Origin: a virus
Lineage: Duplodnaviria > Caudoviricetes
Virus record (IMG/VR): IMGVR_UViG_641509434_000001
Coordinates: 15,233 to 79,232 of that record
DNA length: 64,000 nucleotides
Reading direction: 5' to 3' (one strand)
The translations under genes and the position numbers were made by a program. Below are positions 18,738 through 28,124 of this stretch, piece by piece. The stretch's first letter is position 1; every line of letters begins with the position of its first letter. Under the pieces are notes generated by a model that saw only the letters and a list, made by a program, of their open reading frames with translations, made no database searches and was not told the origin of the DNA.

Positions 18738-19844
18738 ATGCCTCAAGTAACAACAACTTATACTGGACAAGGCGTCAATGGATCAATGCAACCAATTGCA
18801 AATACTGGAGTAAAATCTATGAACAATGGTTGGTTGCCAGCAATGCTTAACTCAGTTCATACAAACCCTATTGCAGCATCTAAGTCAAAACGTTGGCTTA
18901 AAGAATTAGCTGTCATTGAAGATAACTTCTATGGAGATATCATTCAACAGTATAAAGCTGCATTCCCACGTGCTTACAAATTTGATGATGCCAACAAACC
19001 TGAGTTCGCTTCAGTTTGGAACCCTATCATAAATGTAAACACAACTCAATATGACTGGCAACGGTTATATGGTGTAGATATTGACGAATCAGAAATCAAT
19101 AAAATTACACAAAATCAATCTGAAGTAAAAGACTTCACTAGTAATAATATTCAAGAAGCAATCAACGAAGCCAACATTGATGAACTATCTATGGTAGCTT
19201 CTGGAGTTGAGCAAACTGTTAATGGAGTAACCTCATGTGACCAAGATACAATCTTCATGGAACTTGCAAGCATTGTAGGTAAACACACAGGTTATGTAAT
19301 CAACAACAGTTTTGTATCAAGTAATGATGTCGTAATTATGATATCTTATGATGACGCTGCACGACTTAAATCATTGCCTGCTCTTCGTTACATTGACAGA
19401 AGCGTACGTGATAAAGTTATTAGTCAATTTGTTGAAGTTCCATTTATTCCTGAAACATGGGTAACCAACAAAGAAGTAACAGTAACTCAAGACATGGTAG
19501 ATAACAATGTACTACTTATGCCATTCAAGGTAGGAGATATTCTTCCTAAAGGTACTATTGTAGTAAACCATCAATTCTTTAAGACTGATGACATTAATGC
19601 TCCAGTACTTACTACTGAAGGTAAACGTCCAAATATCTTAGTATATGACAAACGTAATATCTTAGTAGGTATGCGTGCATATTCAGGAGACTGGAAAGGA
19701 ATCGAAGGAGAAGAAGTTCTCTTCCATTCACAAGCCTTACTACGTGGTCTTGTATACCAACATTCAATTGTACGTAGCATGGCTGTAGGTTTCAGCAACA
19801 TGTTCTTGGCAAATGCTTATAGATTTGATTATATTCCTAAATAA
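18738..19844 (+). CDS. second capsid-like protein (paralog of 11582..12916)
   Basis: IDESEINKIT vs IDESEVIKIN, DNFYGDIIQ vs DTQFGGFIQ, FKVGDILPKGT vs FAVNDVIPAGS. Confidence 0.7.
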   Translation: MPQVTTTYTGQGVNGSMQPIANTGVKSMNNGWLPAMLNSVHTNPIAASKSKRWLKELAVIEDNFYGDIIQQYKAAFPRAYKFDDANKPEFASVWNPIINVNTTQYDWQRLYGVDIDESEINKITQNQSEVKDFTSNNIQEAINEANIDELSMVASGVEQTVNGVTSCDQDTIFMELASIVGKHTGYVINNSFVSSNDVVIMISYDDAARLKSLPALRYIDRSVRDKVISQFVEVPFIPETWVTNKEVTVTQDMVDNNVLLMPFKVGDILPKGTIVVNHQFFKTDDINAPVLTTEGKRPNILVYDKRNILVGMRAYSGDWKGIEGEEVLFHSQALLRGLVYQHSIVRSMAVGFSNMFLANAYRFDYIPK

Positions 19845-19853
19845 TAGGAGGTA

Positions 19854-19894
19854 GACCGGAATGGTGTAGCTACGCTCGACTCGTAGCCTGGTCA
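19854..19894 (+). ncRNA. mini tRNA-like structure (acceptor-like stem + T-arm)
   Basis: GACCGG/CTGGTC stem stacked on GCTACG-CTCGACT-CGTAGC, joined by AATGGTGTA. Confidence 0.4.
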
Positions 19895-19946
19895 TAATTC
19901 TTTACAACAAAAGTAAAGAGTAAAAGAAAGGCTCAAGGAAAACATT

Positions 19947-20195
19947 ATGATTATAAAGAAAAGAATCGTAACTTCTAGTAAGTATCATTCAAACAACCCA
20001 GTAAAACAATTCTCTAGCAATCCTATTGAAGCAGACATCAATGCTAGATTTTTGAATGCTAAAAACAATCCTGGAAGTAAACAAGTTGCGTTAGACTATG
20101 CTCATAAATTAGCTAAAGCTAATGAATCAGAGCATGAAGTATATGAAACACGTCAAGGTAACTTATGGAATGACGACAACATAGATATGAGGTAA
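19947..20195 (+). CDS. small protein with TRQGN motif
   Basis: AAGGA RBS, 82 aa. Confidence 0.55.
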   Translation: MIIKKRIVTSSKYHSNNPVKQFSSNPIEADINARFLNAKNNPGSKQVALDYAHKLAKANESEHEVYETRQGNLWNDDNIDMR

Positions 20196-20199
20196 TAGA

Positions 20200-21927
20200 A
20201 TGTCAGAAGCTATTTCAGGTAAATATTCATCTACTATGGAATATGGAGATGTATCAACAGAGGTAAAAGTAACATTTAACCCTGATATCCAACCATTCCC
20301 AGTAGACCCTAAAAATGAAACACCTAGCTATGACAATTCAATTACCAACATTCCACTAGGAATACCTAACTATGGCAAATTCTTGGGATATGGAGAATGG
20401 CTTACTGGTGTAGAAGATGAAGACAAAACACTAATTGATAGACTTGTAAGTAAAGATACTTCATTTGCTAATATTCTTTCTAAGTACATGATTAGTGACA
20501 ACTATTTAGTTCAACTAAGAAAAGGACTTACTCAATATGAAGATGTACGTTACGGAGCATTGTTTGACTCAATGTTAAAGAACAATATCTTTGTAGATGA
20601 TATGAATGGTCATTTAGTAAATGGTTATAATAGACCAGGTCTAGTTAAAATGTCTATAAGTGACTTTATTCAATTCTTAGTAAATATGAGAGTTTGGAGA
20701 TATAACTTACTAGACAACCCTCTATCATTTAGAAAGTATATGGCAATTGTAGCCTCAATTTTAGGTAACATGCAGTTACCAATTGACTTTCCAGTTCTTA
20801 TTGATAGACTTACAACTGTTAAAGCAACAAATGCTATTTCAGCATCAGTTCCTTATTCAACTTCAAATAGTGATGCTATTGGTTGGGTAACTCAATCTAG
20901 TAATTCAGGTTATGGGACTGCTACTATTCAAAATAAAGTATCAAAGACTAATGTAAGAACTAGTCAACTTATAGCTAACCTTGTAAGACCAACTGGCACA
21001 CAAGACGATTTACTAGTAACTCCAGGTTCACGTAGTATCAATATTACTAAGTGTGGTGGAGTTACAACAAATGTATATCTTGGCTATCAATTAGACAGAG
21101 TAACTGGTACTAGATTAGCATCAGCAACAACTTATCCTAAAGAAGACAAACCTCTATTTGGTTCAGATGTTTGGGGCAAAGATGGCTCTGCTAACAATGA
21201 AGTAAAAGACAAACCAAAACCAGTAACAAAAGACTATTTCATTGTCTATGTTATGTCTGGTTATGTAGAACATGCAGTTATCTTCGACTGCTCAGATCCA
21301 ACTTATAAAGTTGTGGAAGACGATATTACTATGAATTTCCCACCTGACTTTATTTCTTTATTGGAACCTAAAACAAAGATATTCAGAGATGCTTACCAGT
21401 ATTATGTCAATGAAAAAGAAAATACTTGGAAAACATTTCCTATTCAAAAAATGTTTGATAGCATGGGCAAAGTAGTAGAAGCATTTACTATTCTCGACTG
21501 TAATTTAGATGAGCCAAGAGCTAACACAATTGATGAAAACTCTCCTAGAATTAATGTCAATTATGGCTATAATCAATACTTCAAAATGTACAGTTATGCT
21601 AAACAAGCAACAATGCTTAATGTAATGCCTGCTTATGGTGTAACATTTAATAAAGCTTACTACTACAATCCTCGTGATTTCTTGACTCTTCAAGATTATG
21701 ATGAAGCTTGTATTCCTATTCATGGTTCATTTATGCCATCTCATTTACGTTGGTATCAATCAGACGTACAAAGACCTTGGTATTCTAGAGGTAGAGATGT
21801 ATATAGCTATAATGGTGGTTATACAGGTGGCTATCTTGGAGGACCTGGCTGGTATGGCGGATGGTGGGACTCACTCTGGGGTGTACCTAGTTTATACCTT
21901 GGATGGTACTCAGGTTTCTTCTGGTAA
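20200..21927 (+). CDS. putative tail/neck structural protein
   Basis: 575 aa in the virion module; G/W/Y-rich C-terminus. Confidence 0.55.
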   Translation: MSEAISGKYSSTMEYGDVSTEVKVTFNPDIQPFPVDPKNETPSYDNSITNIPLGIPNYGKFLGYGEWLTGVEDEDKTLIDRLVSKDTSFANILSKYMISDNYLVQLRKGLTQYEDVRYGALFDSMLKNNIFVDDMNGHLVNGYNRPGLVKMSISDFIQFLVNMRVWRYNLLDNPLSFRKYMAIVASILGNMQLPIDFPVLIDRLTTVKATNAISASVPYSTSNSDAIGWVTQSSNSGYGTATIQNKVSKTNVRTSQLIANLVRPTGTQDDLLVTPGSRSINITKCGGVTTNVYLGYQLDRVTGTRLASATTYPKEDKPLFGSDVWGKDGSANNEVKDKPKPVTKDYFIVYVMSGYVEHAVIFDCSDPTYKVVEDDITMNFPPDFISLLEPKTKIFRDAYQYYVNEKENTWKTFPIQKMFDSMGKVVEAFTILDCNLDEPRANTIDENSPRINVNYGYNQYFKMYSYAKQATMLNVMPAYGVTFNKAYYYNPRDFLTLQDYDEACIPIHGSFMPSHLRWYQSDVQRPWYSRGRDVYSYNGGYTGGYLGGPGWYGGWWDSLWGVPSLYLGWYSGFFW

Positions 21928-21972
21928 ACTTTAACATTAAGATAATATAAATTATAATAAGAAAGGCTAATA

Positions 21973-24900
21973 ATGGCTAAAAACAACTATAAACCTTCTA
22001 GAGAAGATAAGTTTAATAGAGCAAGAAATGACTATAACTATGGAAATGGTTTTAATTCTAGAGGATTGGCTCCAGCCTACTTAGGTGCTGACAGTTTACC
22101 TCAAGCAGTATCTGATGTCCACTGGTCTGAACATGGCTTAGCTAAACGTATTGATGATCTAGAACTTGAAGTAAATGATATTAATATCAACATTAGTAAT
22201 GACCAAATTAATGAAGATCAAGTAATCAATGACATTGGTCAACTTACTATTGGTGGTGGAGAAAGTCTTACTAACTACTCTGGCTACTTAACAAAAGTAC
22301 TAACTACTCGTCCTCGTATCTTTGCTGATAGCTTTGAAGATGAAACATATATGCAAGCTAATGATAGACTTCGTGGGTTTACTACAAACTATCAATGGAT
22401 TGCTTACAATGAAGACAGCATCAATAGTAAAGGTAAACTTGACAAGCTAATTGACTATACTTTCATTACTGATACTCATGTAGAAGACAAAAGTAATTCT
22501 CGTTATGTATATAAAGGTCAAATCAGACTTCCACAACTTGGAACAATGAAACGTATCTTTGTTACACAAATTGGAAACAACATTGTTGTACGTTACTTAT
22601 TATCAAGCACAATTCCTAATGGAGATGTTGTAGGATATACAGGTACAATTGTACGTGAAGAATATGACTTCAAAGGGAATCAAGTATCTAAAGCTAATGA
22701 GTCTATTGCTCATACTCCTTTAATTTTACTTGGTGCATTTAATGCAGATTCAAACGACGATTCAGACTATATTCAATATATTTCTACAGACTACAAACTC
22801 ATTCAAAACTATGATAGTAATGACTTAATCATTGGCCCATTGCCTTCTGATGTTATTGACATGATTGACCCAGTTAATGAATTGGTATCTGACTCTAAAG
22901 TAGCATACATAATGACGTATGATAATAAAGGTCATTTAAAATTCCCACTTAAAGGTTTCACTCTTCTTGACGTTATCAAAGATGACATCTATAAAAAATC
23001 TGAAACTGACGAAGATTCTGATGAACCTATCATTGACAAAACAGGTAAAGCATCATTAGTAGAAGGCAAAGAGTATGCTAATCTTCATCGTAAGTTTGCT
23101 ACTGTTGAGTTCACATTTGATTCTGAGCTTATGAAGAAATTTGTAAGCATCACTCCTCGTGTATCAACTAAACGTCTTAAAGTAGATAAGTTTGACCAAC
23201 AAATGTGGAATGAAGGTGGGTTCTATACTGAAGTATATGATTCTGAAGTAGATGATACTACTAAAGATTATTTATACCCAGCAGCTTCTCACATCTTCTA
23301 CATGGCTGATAGCTTGGCATGGCCTGATACTGATTGGTTTGCAGACACAATGTTTGAATACCACACAGATTCACCATCTCCATTCTCGTTCTTCCGTGAA
23401 CGTGACTATATGGAATTTTCAAAGATTACTTTCAACTCTGGTATGCGTAAAATCTATCCAGAAATTCAACAAGACTTTGGAATTGGTGACGTGCCATTTA
23501 CTATTGATTTTGACTGGTCTAAAGCAACAGAAGAAGTTACTGTTCACTTAGTAAAACCTTTCAAACTTATGCGTTATTTGCGTGAAAAGGGAAATAATAC
23601 ATTAGTTGGAGGTAAAGCAGTAGCAGTAAATACTCGTCTTGGGTACACTGTAACTCAAAACTCTGATGCTGTAATTGATGCTGCTAATACTAACATCTTG
23701 GCAGTCTACAATAAATTGGACTTTGTAATGCCTGTACATAAAGAAGCACATAACTATGTATCATTACAACCTAACTACAACAGCAATGCTTACTTACATC
23801 AGTTCGTAAGATATCAAGTTGTATCTCCAATGCCAAATGAAACTACAGGAAAATCTATCTTTGACAATGCTGACTCAGTAACTCGTCTTACATATTTTGA
23901 TACTCGTGGTTCTCAAACAATTGACTTAACAAGTCTTACTGGTGCATTTATAAACAACAGTAACTTCGATGAACAGTTTGGAGATATTGTAGGTTCAGCT
24001 AATGCAGTGTCACCAGGAAGTACTAATGACTTCTTGTACAACTTGACTAACTCTCGTTTCATCTTTACTTCAAATGATAAATACAAAGATCTACCATTTA
24101 TGTACACAAGTGAAGGAGCTTATGGTAGTACTTTGAACCATACTTTCATGTTGACTAATAATCAAGATAGTAAAGGTATGACTCAAATTCTTTGTGTAAC
24201 AGAATCTAATGCAGACAATGTAGTATCAAGTTTGATGTTTAGACGTACAGTAAGAAAGTCAGGTAATGCTGTATCTGGAGTATCTGCATGGTTAGGTTCT
24301 GGTCACGTTCAATGGGTTCAAGAGTCTGGACTTACTACTCCTCCTTCTGGTAAAACAGGAAAAGACATCTTCCAAGTAATGAATACTACTGGTATCTATC
24401 ACTTGGCTGAAGAAGTAACTCCTGTCACAGCATTCCCTAATACATCTCCTTCGACAGGCAACACTAACATTGGTGATTGGGCTGGACAATATGTAGGAAC
24501 TGCTCAACCTAAGCATGCAGTATTTGCAAATGCTAAAGATGTAAGATTTGAAGTATACAATGCTAAGGATGGCTTACGCCATGTTATGCTTACAGTAACT
24601 GATGCATTAGGTAAGTCTATGACTTATCATAATGTGGCTAAAGCTACAGGTAAAACATCTGATGGTGTCAACCTTGATGCAACTGTAGACAATACTTCAG
24701 GTGGCTATACTTATGTATTAGACAAATGGTTGCCAGGAGCATATGTTGGTGATAATGACAACCCATTACCACCAGACCTTAATGTTGGAGACAAGGATAA
24801 CTGGGGCGAAATCGCGTTATCTGAATTGATACGGTCACGGAAACCAGAGGGGTATGATTCGGCGTATCCAGACCTGCCGGCTAGGCTAGATCAACAAATC

Positions 24901-26286
24901 GGTAAAACCACTGATTTTAGGTCTTTTGAACAGGACAAATCGTTTATGACTAGGGTTTATAATGAATCAGCAGAACGAGGAGTGAATGTCAAATGGTTTG
25001 GAGCTAAAGGAGACGGAATAGCTAATGATACTAATTCTATACAAAATGCTATAAATCACGTAAACTCAATTGGCGGTGGGACTGTACTTATACCAATAGG
25101 CACGTACCTACATGATGGGTTGATTTCTTATACCGGCGTTTCTATTATTGGCGAAAGTTGGAAGAACACCTTACTCAAAAATATTAGCATAGATACGGAT
25201 AGTATTTCTATTCAAGGGTCTGGGTATTTGTGGCCGGAACAATACAAGATAGCTAACCTACACCTTACATCTGACATTGTCGTAAAAGATATGCGTAAGG
25301 GTATAAACAACTATATAAACAGATTTTTCCGATATGAAAATCTTAAAATAACCAATCATGGTACTGGATTATATGAAAGAGGTTCGTGGTATTCAGAACA
25401 CATTGGTATAAACATCTCAAATTGTGATATCGGTATAATGATTCCAGCATACTCTATCCCCGGAACGCCTAACAGTTTTACAGATTGCTCTATAATTTCT
25501 TGTCGTATAGGATTGTTAGTCGAACCAGGCGTGGATACCATTGTGTGGAGAGGTGGTCATATAGGCGGATGCTCTGAAAAAGCAATTTACTTAGATAGTA
25601 CCAAAAGTTATAATATGCGAAATCTCTCATTTGATTCGGTTAATATAGAAGGTAACTTAGGTTCGGAAGATGTTACGATCGGTTACGCTTCAGGTGATAA
25701 AACTAATGGCTATATTCATAACGTCATTTTTACTAACTGTCGTTTTGCTCAATGGAATGTTATACCAAATAAAGTAGGAGTGGCGATAAATTATGGTTCT
25801 GAAATTATCACTCTGATAAATTGTTACTTTATCGGTTATACAACTTGTGTTGTTGACACCTCTACATTTGCAAATGGTCAAACGCTGATTGAAAACTGTG
25901 GTATGACTAACTCATCGAACGGGTTTAATCTTAGAGGTAACATCGGGGAATTTTCTTCTATAAACGGGCATTACCGGAAAAAGTATTTTTCATATCCAAC
26001 GGCAATAGAAAATATTTCAAGTATTCTTACAGTTCACGACAATTCAGCGATACTGTTTGCGGAAAAAAATGGTAATAATGTTAAAATCGGTTTGAGTATT
26101 ACCTCAGAAATTCCAGCATTTTCTGACCTTGTTATTTTTTCTAATAATGCTTACATGAGAGCATTGGATGTAGTTTTACCAGGTGGACAATATCCTTTAT
26201 CTTCTTATTTTGCCTCCAAAAGAATAAAAAACAGAACTAAACTTCCGTCAGAAACATACTTGCTCATTGATTATTTTGTTAATTGA
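21973..26286 (+). CDS. tail spike / pre-neck appendage with C-terminal pectate-lyase-like beta-helix (depolymerase)
   Basis: VNVKWFGAKGDGIANDTNSIQNAIN...GGGTVLIPIGTY marks a Pectate_lyase_3-type start. Confidence 0.8.
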   Translation: MAKNNYKPSREDKFNRARNDYNYGNGFNSRGLAPAYLGADSLPQAVSDVHWSEHGLAKRIDDLELEVNDININISNDQINEDQVINDIGQLTIGGGESLTNYSGYLTKVLTTRPRIFADSFEDETYMQANDRLRGFTTNYQWIAYNEDSINSKGKLDKLIDYTFITDTHVEDKSNSRYVYKGQIRLPQLGTMKRIFVTQIGNNIVVRYLLSSTIPNGDVVGYTGTIVREEYDFKGNQVSKANESIAHTPLILLGAFNADSNDDSDYIQYISTDYKLIQNYDSNDLIIGPLPSDVIDMIDPVNELVSDSKVAYIMTYDNKGHLKFPLKGFTLLDVIKDDIYKKSETDEDSDEPIIDKTGKASLVEGKEYANLHRKFATVEFTFDSELMKKFVSITPRVSTKRLKVDKFDQQMWNEGGFYTEVYDSEVDDTTKDYLYPAASHIFYMADSLAWPDTDWFADTMFEYHTDSPSPFSFFRERDYMEFSKITFNSGMRKIYPEIQQDFGIGDVPFTIDFDWSKATEEVTVHLVKPFKLMRYLREKGNNTLVGGKAVAVNTRLGYTVTQNSDAVIDAANTNILAVYNKLDFVMPVHKEAHNYVSLQPNYNSNAYLHQFVRYQVVSPMPNETTGKSIFDNADSVTRLTYFDTRGSQTIDLTSLTGAFINNSNFDEQFGDIVGSANAVSPGSTNDFLYNLTNSRFIFTSNDKYKDLPFMYTSEGAYGSTLNHTFMLTNNQDSKGMTQILCVTESNADNVVSSLMFRRTVRKSGNAVSGVSAWLGSGHVQWVQESGLTTPPSGKTGKDIFQVMNTTGIYHLAEEVTPVTAFPNTSPSTGNTNIGDWAGQYVGTAQPKHAVFANAKDVRFEVYNAKDGLRHVMLTVTDALGKSMTYHNVAKATGKTSDGVNLDATVDNTSGGYTYVLDKWLPGAYVGDNDNPLPPDLNVGDKDNWGEIALSELIRSRKPEGYDSAYPDLPARLDQQIGKTTDFRSFEQDKSFMTRVYNESAERGVNVKWFGAKGDGIANDTNSIQNAINHVNSIGGGTVLIPIGTYLHDGLISYTGVSIIGESWKNTLLKNISIDTDSISIQGSGYLWPEQYKIANLHLTSDIVVKDMRKGINNYINRFFRYENLKITNHGTGLYERGSWYSEHIGINISNCDIGIMIPAYSIPGTPNSFTDCSIISCRIGLLVEPGVDTIVWRGGHIGGCSEKAIYLDSTKSYNMRNLSFDSVNIEGNLGSEDVTIGYASGDKTNGYIHNVIFTNCRFAQWNVIPNKVGVAINYGSEIITLINCYFIGYTTCVVDTSTFANGQTLIENCGMTNSSNGFNLRGNIGEFSSINGHYRKKYFSYPTAIENISSILTVHDNSAILFAEKNGNNVKIGLSITSEIPAFSDLVIFSNNAYMRALDVVLPGGQYPLSSYFASKRIKNRTKLPSETYLLIDYFVN

Positions 26287-26361
26287 CTCATACTGTGTGG
26301 TAGATGAGCAAAATAAGACTATTTGGTTTTGGCTGAGCAAGTCAAAAATGCGTGAATAGGG

Positions 26362-26466
26362 GTATCTCCAATGGTTGGATCAACAGCTGCATTCATTAGA
26401 CTTCGTGCTAATGTTGCAATCACATCAGGTTCTGCATTTGGATGCTCATTCAGAGTTCCAATATAA
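26362..26466 (+). pseudogene. orphan C-terminal fragment of a former tail gene
   Basis: Reads ...MVGSTAAFIRLRANVAITSGSAFGCSFRVPI* in core-genome codon style, without an RBS. Confidence 0.4.
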
Positions 26467-26493
26467 CCAATAGTTTAGGAGAAGATGAAAGTA

Positions 26494-26543
26494 TATGAGA
26501 ATACGAGATAGAGTATTGTCATACTGGTTTTGGGATGTATCTT
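26494..26543 (+). repeat. 50-bp direct repeat, copy 1 (5' end of gene 30489)
   Basis: TATGAGAATACGAGATAGAGTATTGTCATACTGGTTTTGGGATGTATCTT, identical at 30488-30537. Confidence 0.9.
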
Positions 26544-26615
26544 TACAAATGCCATGGGAAAACATTCACTTTAAGAATACAAGAGATTATATCAAATTTT
26601 TAGAAAGGATATATT

Positions 26616-27517
26616 ATGACAGATCATTTTATAACGCTGTCCACAACAGAGCTAATTAGCAATGCCGGTATTGTTAAATTGAGACATGCTGACGTGAATA
26701 GTCAAAACATTGTTGCTCAAATCGTAGAGAACGGTCAGCCTAAAAATTTTGAGGGCTTACAACCGTTCTTTTGTTTAATGGCGCAAGAAGTCACAGGACA
26801 AGGGGTAACAGAAGAAAGTGTCAGATCTTTTGATGCCAAAAAAGGAACATTGACCTATACCCCAAGCGATAATGCCTTACAATTTGTTGGACGAAATGAA
26901 GCATATTTTAGCTTTAGAAGTCAAGTTGGCGATCAATGGGTGGAGCAATTTTCAACTCGAACTTTCCATTATATCGTAGAGAAATCTATTTACTCACAAC
27001 CTTTCAAAGACTCTAATTACTGGTGGACATTCAAAGAACTTTATCGAATTTTTAATCAGTATATTAAAGATGGTAAAAAGAGCTGGGAAGAGTTCGTGAA
27101 ATCAACACGTGAAATTCTTGAATCGATTGACCCAGGTGGAGCTCTCTTAGCTAAAGTAATTGATGTTAAAAAATTGTTAATGAAAAAGTTCCAGCTGGTT
27201 TCAAGTTTGTTATAGAACATGATTCTGAATATCAACCAGAAGTTAAAGTAACTTCATACAAAAATGCAATTGGCACTGAAACTGATGGGTTTGGTACAGG
27301 TCCAAGTTTTGGTGGAGAAACAATCTACAATGTGCCCATTAGGTTGAGCTATGACCCACAAAAAGTCTATGTAGAAATGCCTATATCGTACCAACTTGCT
27401 GGGGAAGTTACCATTCCAGTTGATAATACTTTATTAATTATCAACGGTCCACAAGTCTTATGCTTTAATATGACAGGGGCAAAAATTACAAAAGGATATC
27501 TATTTGAAAATCAATAG
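26616..27517 (+). CDS. BppU-family baseplate upper protein, copy 1 (frameshift at A6, 27168-27173)
   Basis: Near-identical to 28125..29024, which has A7 at the same site. Confidence 0.75.
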
Positions 27518-27532
27518 AAATAGGAGAATAAA

Positions 27533-28039
27533 ATGGCTAATATTAAAAAAATCTATCGTGGAATGCAAAACGGAGCAGAAACGATTAATGAGAATTTGGA
27601 AGCAATCAACGCTGAATTAATTAGTGGTGGAAATGTAGTTCATAAAACTGGTGACGAGTCAGTTGGCGGTAAAAAAACATTTACCGATGATATGACAGTG
27701 AAAAATATATCTGCCAGTGGTTCACTTACTTCTAAAATTGTTTCTACAAAAATGGATTCACCAGCAATCAAGCATACCTTTATAAGAACAGGGAATACGG
27801 TTACACTTACTACAGAAACCAAATCAGGTATTGCTCAAACTACCGCTTATTCTATTCCATCTGGGTATAGACCGTTCAATGATGGCACGAACCCTATTTA
27901 TGAGCAGGTATTATCCGGTGGGAAAAGTGCAATCATTCGTTCTTCCAACGCAAAATGGCAACCTCGTAAATCTGCAGGATTAGATGGGAATTTATTTGGA
28001 ACGACTAGTTGGCCGACAAACGATAGTTTCCCAGGTTAA
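27533..28039 (+). CDS. short receptor-binding / lower baseplate-like protein
   Basis: VVHKTGDESVGGKKTF tail-fibre motif and IPSGYRP head motif. Confidence 0.7.
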   Translation: MANIKKIYRGMQNGAETINENLEAINAELISGGNVVHKTGDESVGGKKTFTDDMTVKNISASGSLTSKIVSTKMDSPAIKHTFIRTGNTVTLTTETKSGIAQTTAYSIPSGYRPFNDGTNPIYEQVLSGGKSAIIRSSNAKWQPRKSAGLDGNLFGTTSWPTNDSFPG

Positions 28040-28124
28040 AAGAAATGAAACAAATTGGAGTATCAATTATTAGAAAGTAGGGGTCTATGAAATTAAACAG
28101 CTCGTATTTTAGAAAGGATCTATT

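Noticed and set aside
27168-27173. Phase-variable poly-A tract in BppU copy 1
   Set aside because: A6 versus A7 in the paralog is short for a slippage switch and matches the window-wide homopolymer error pattern; not excluded but unsupported
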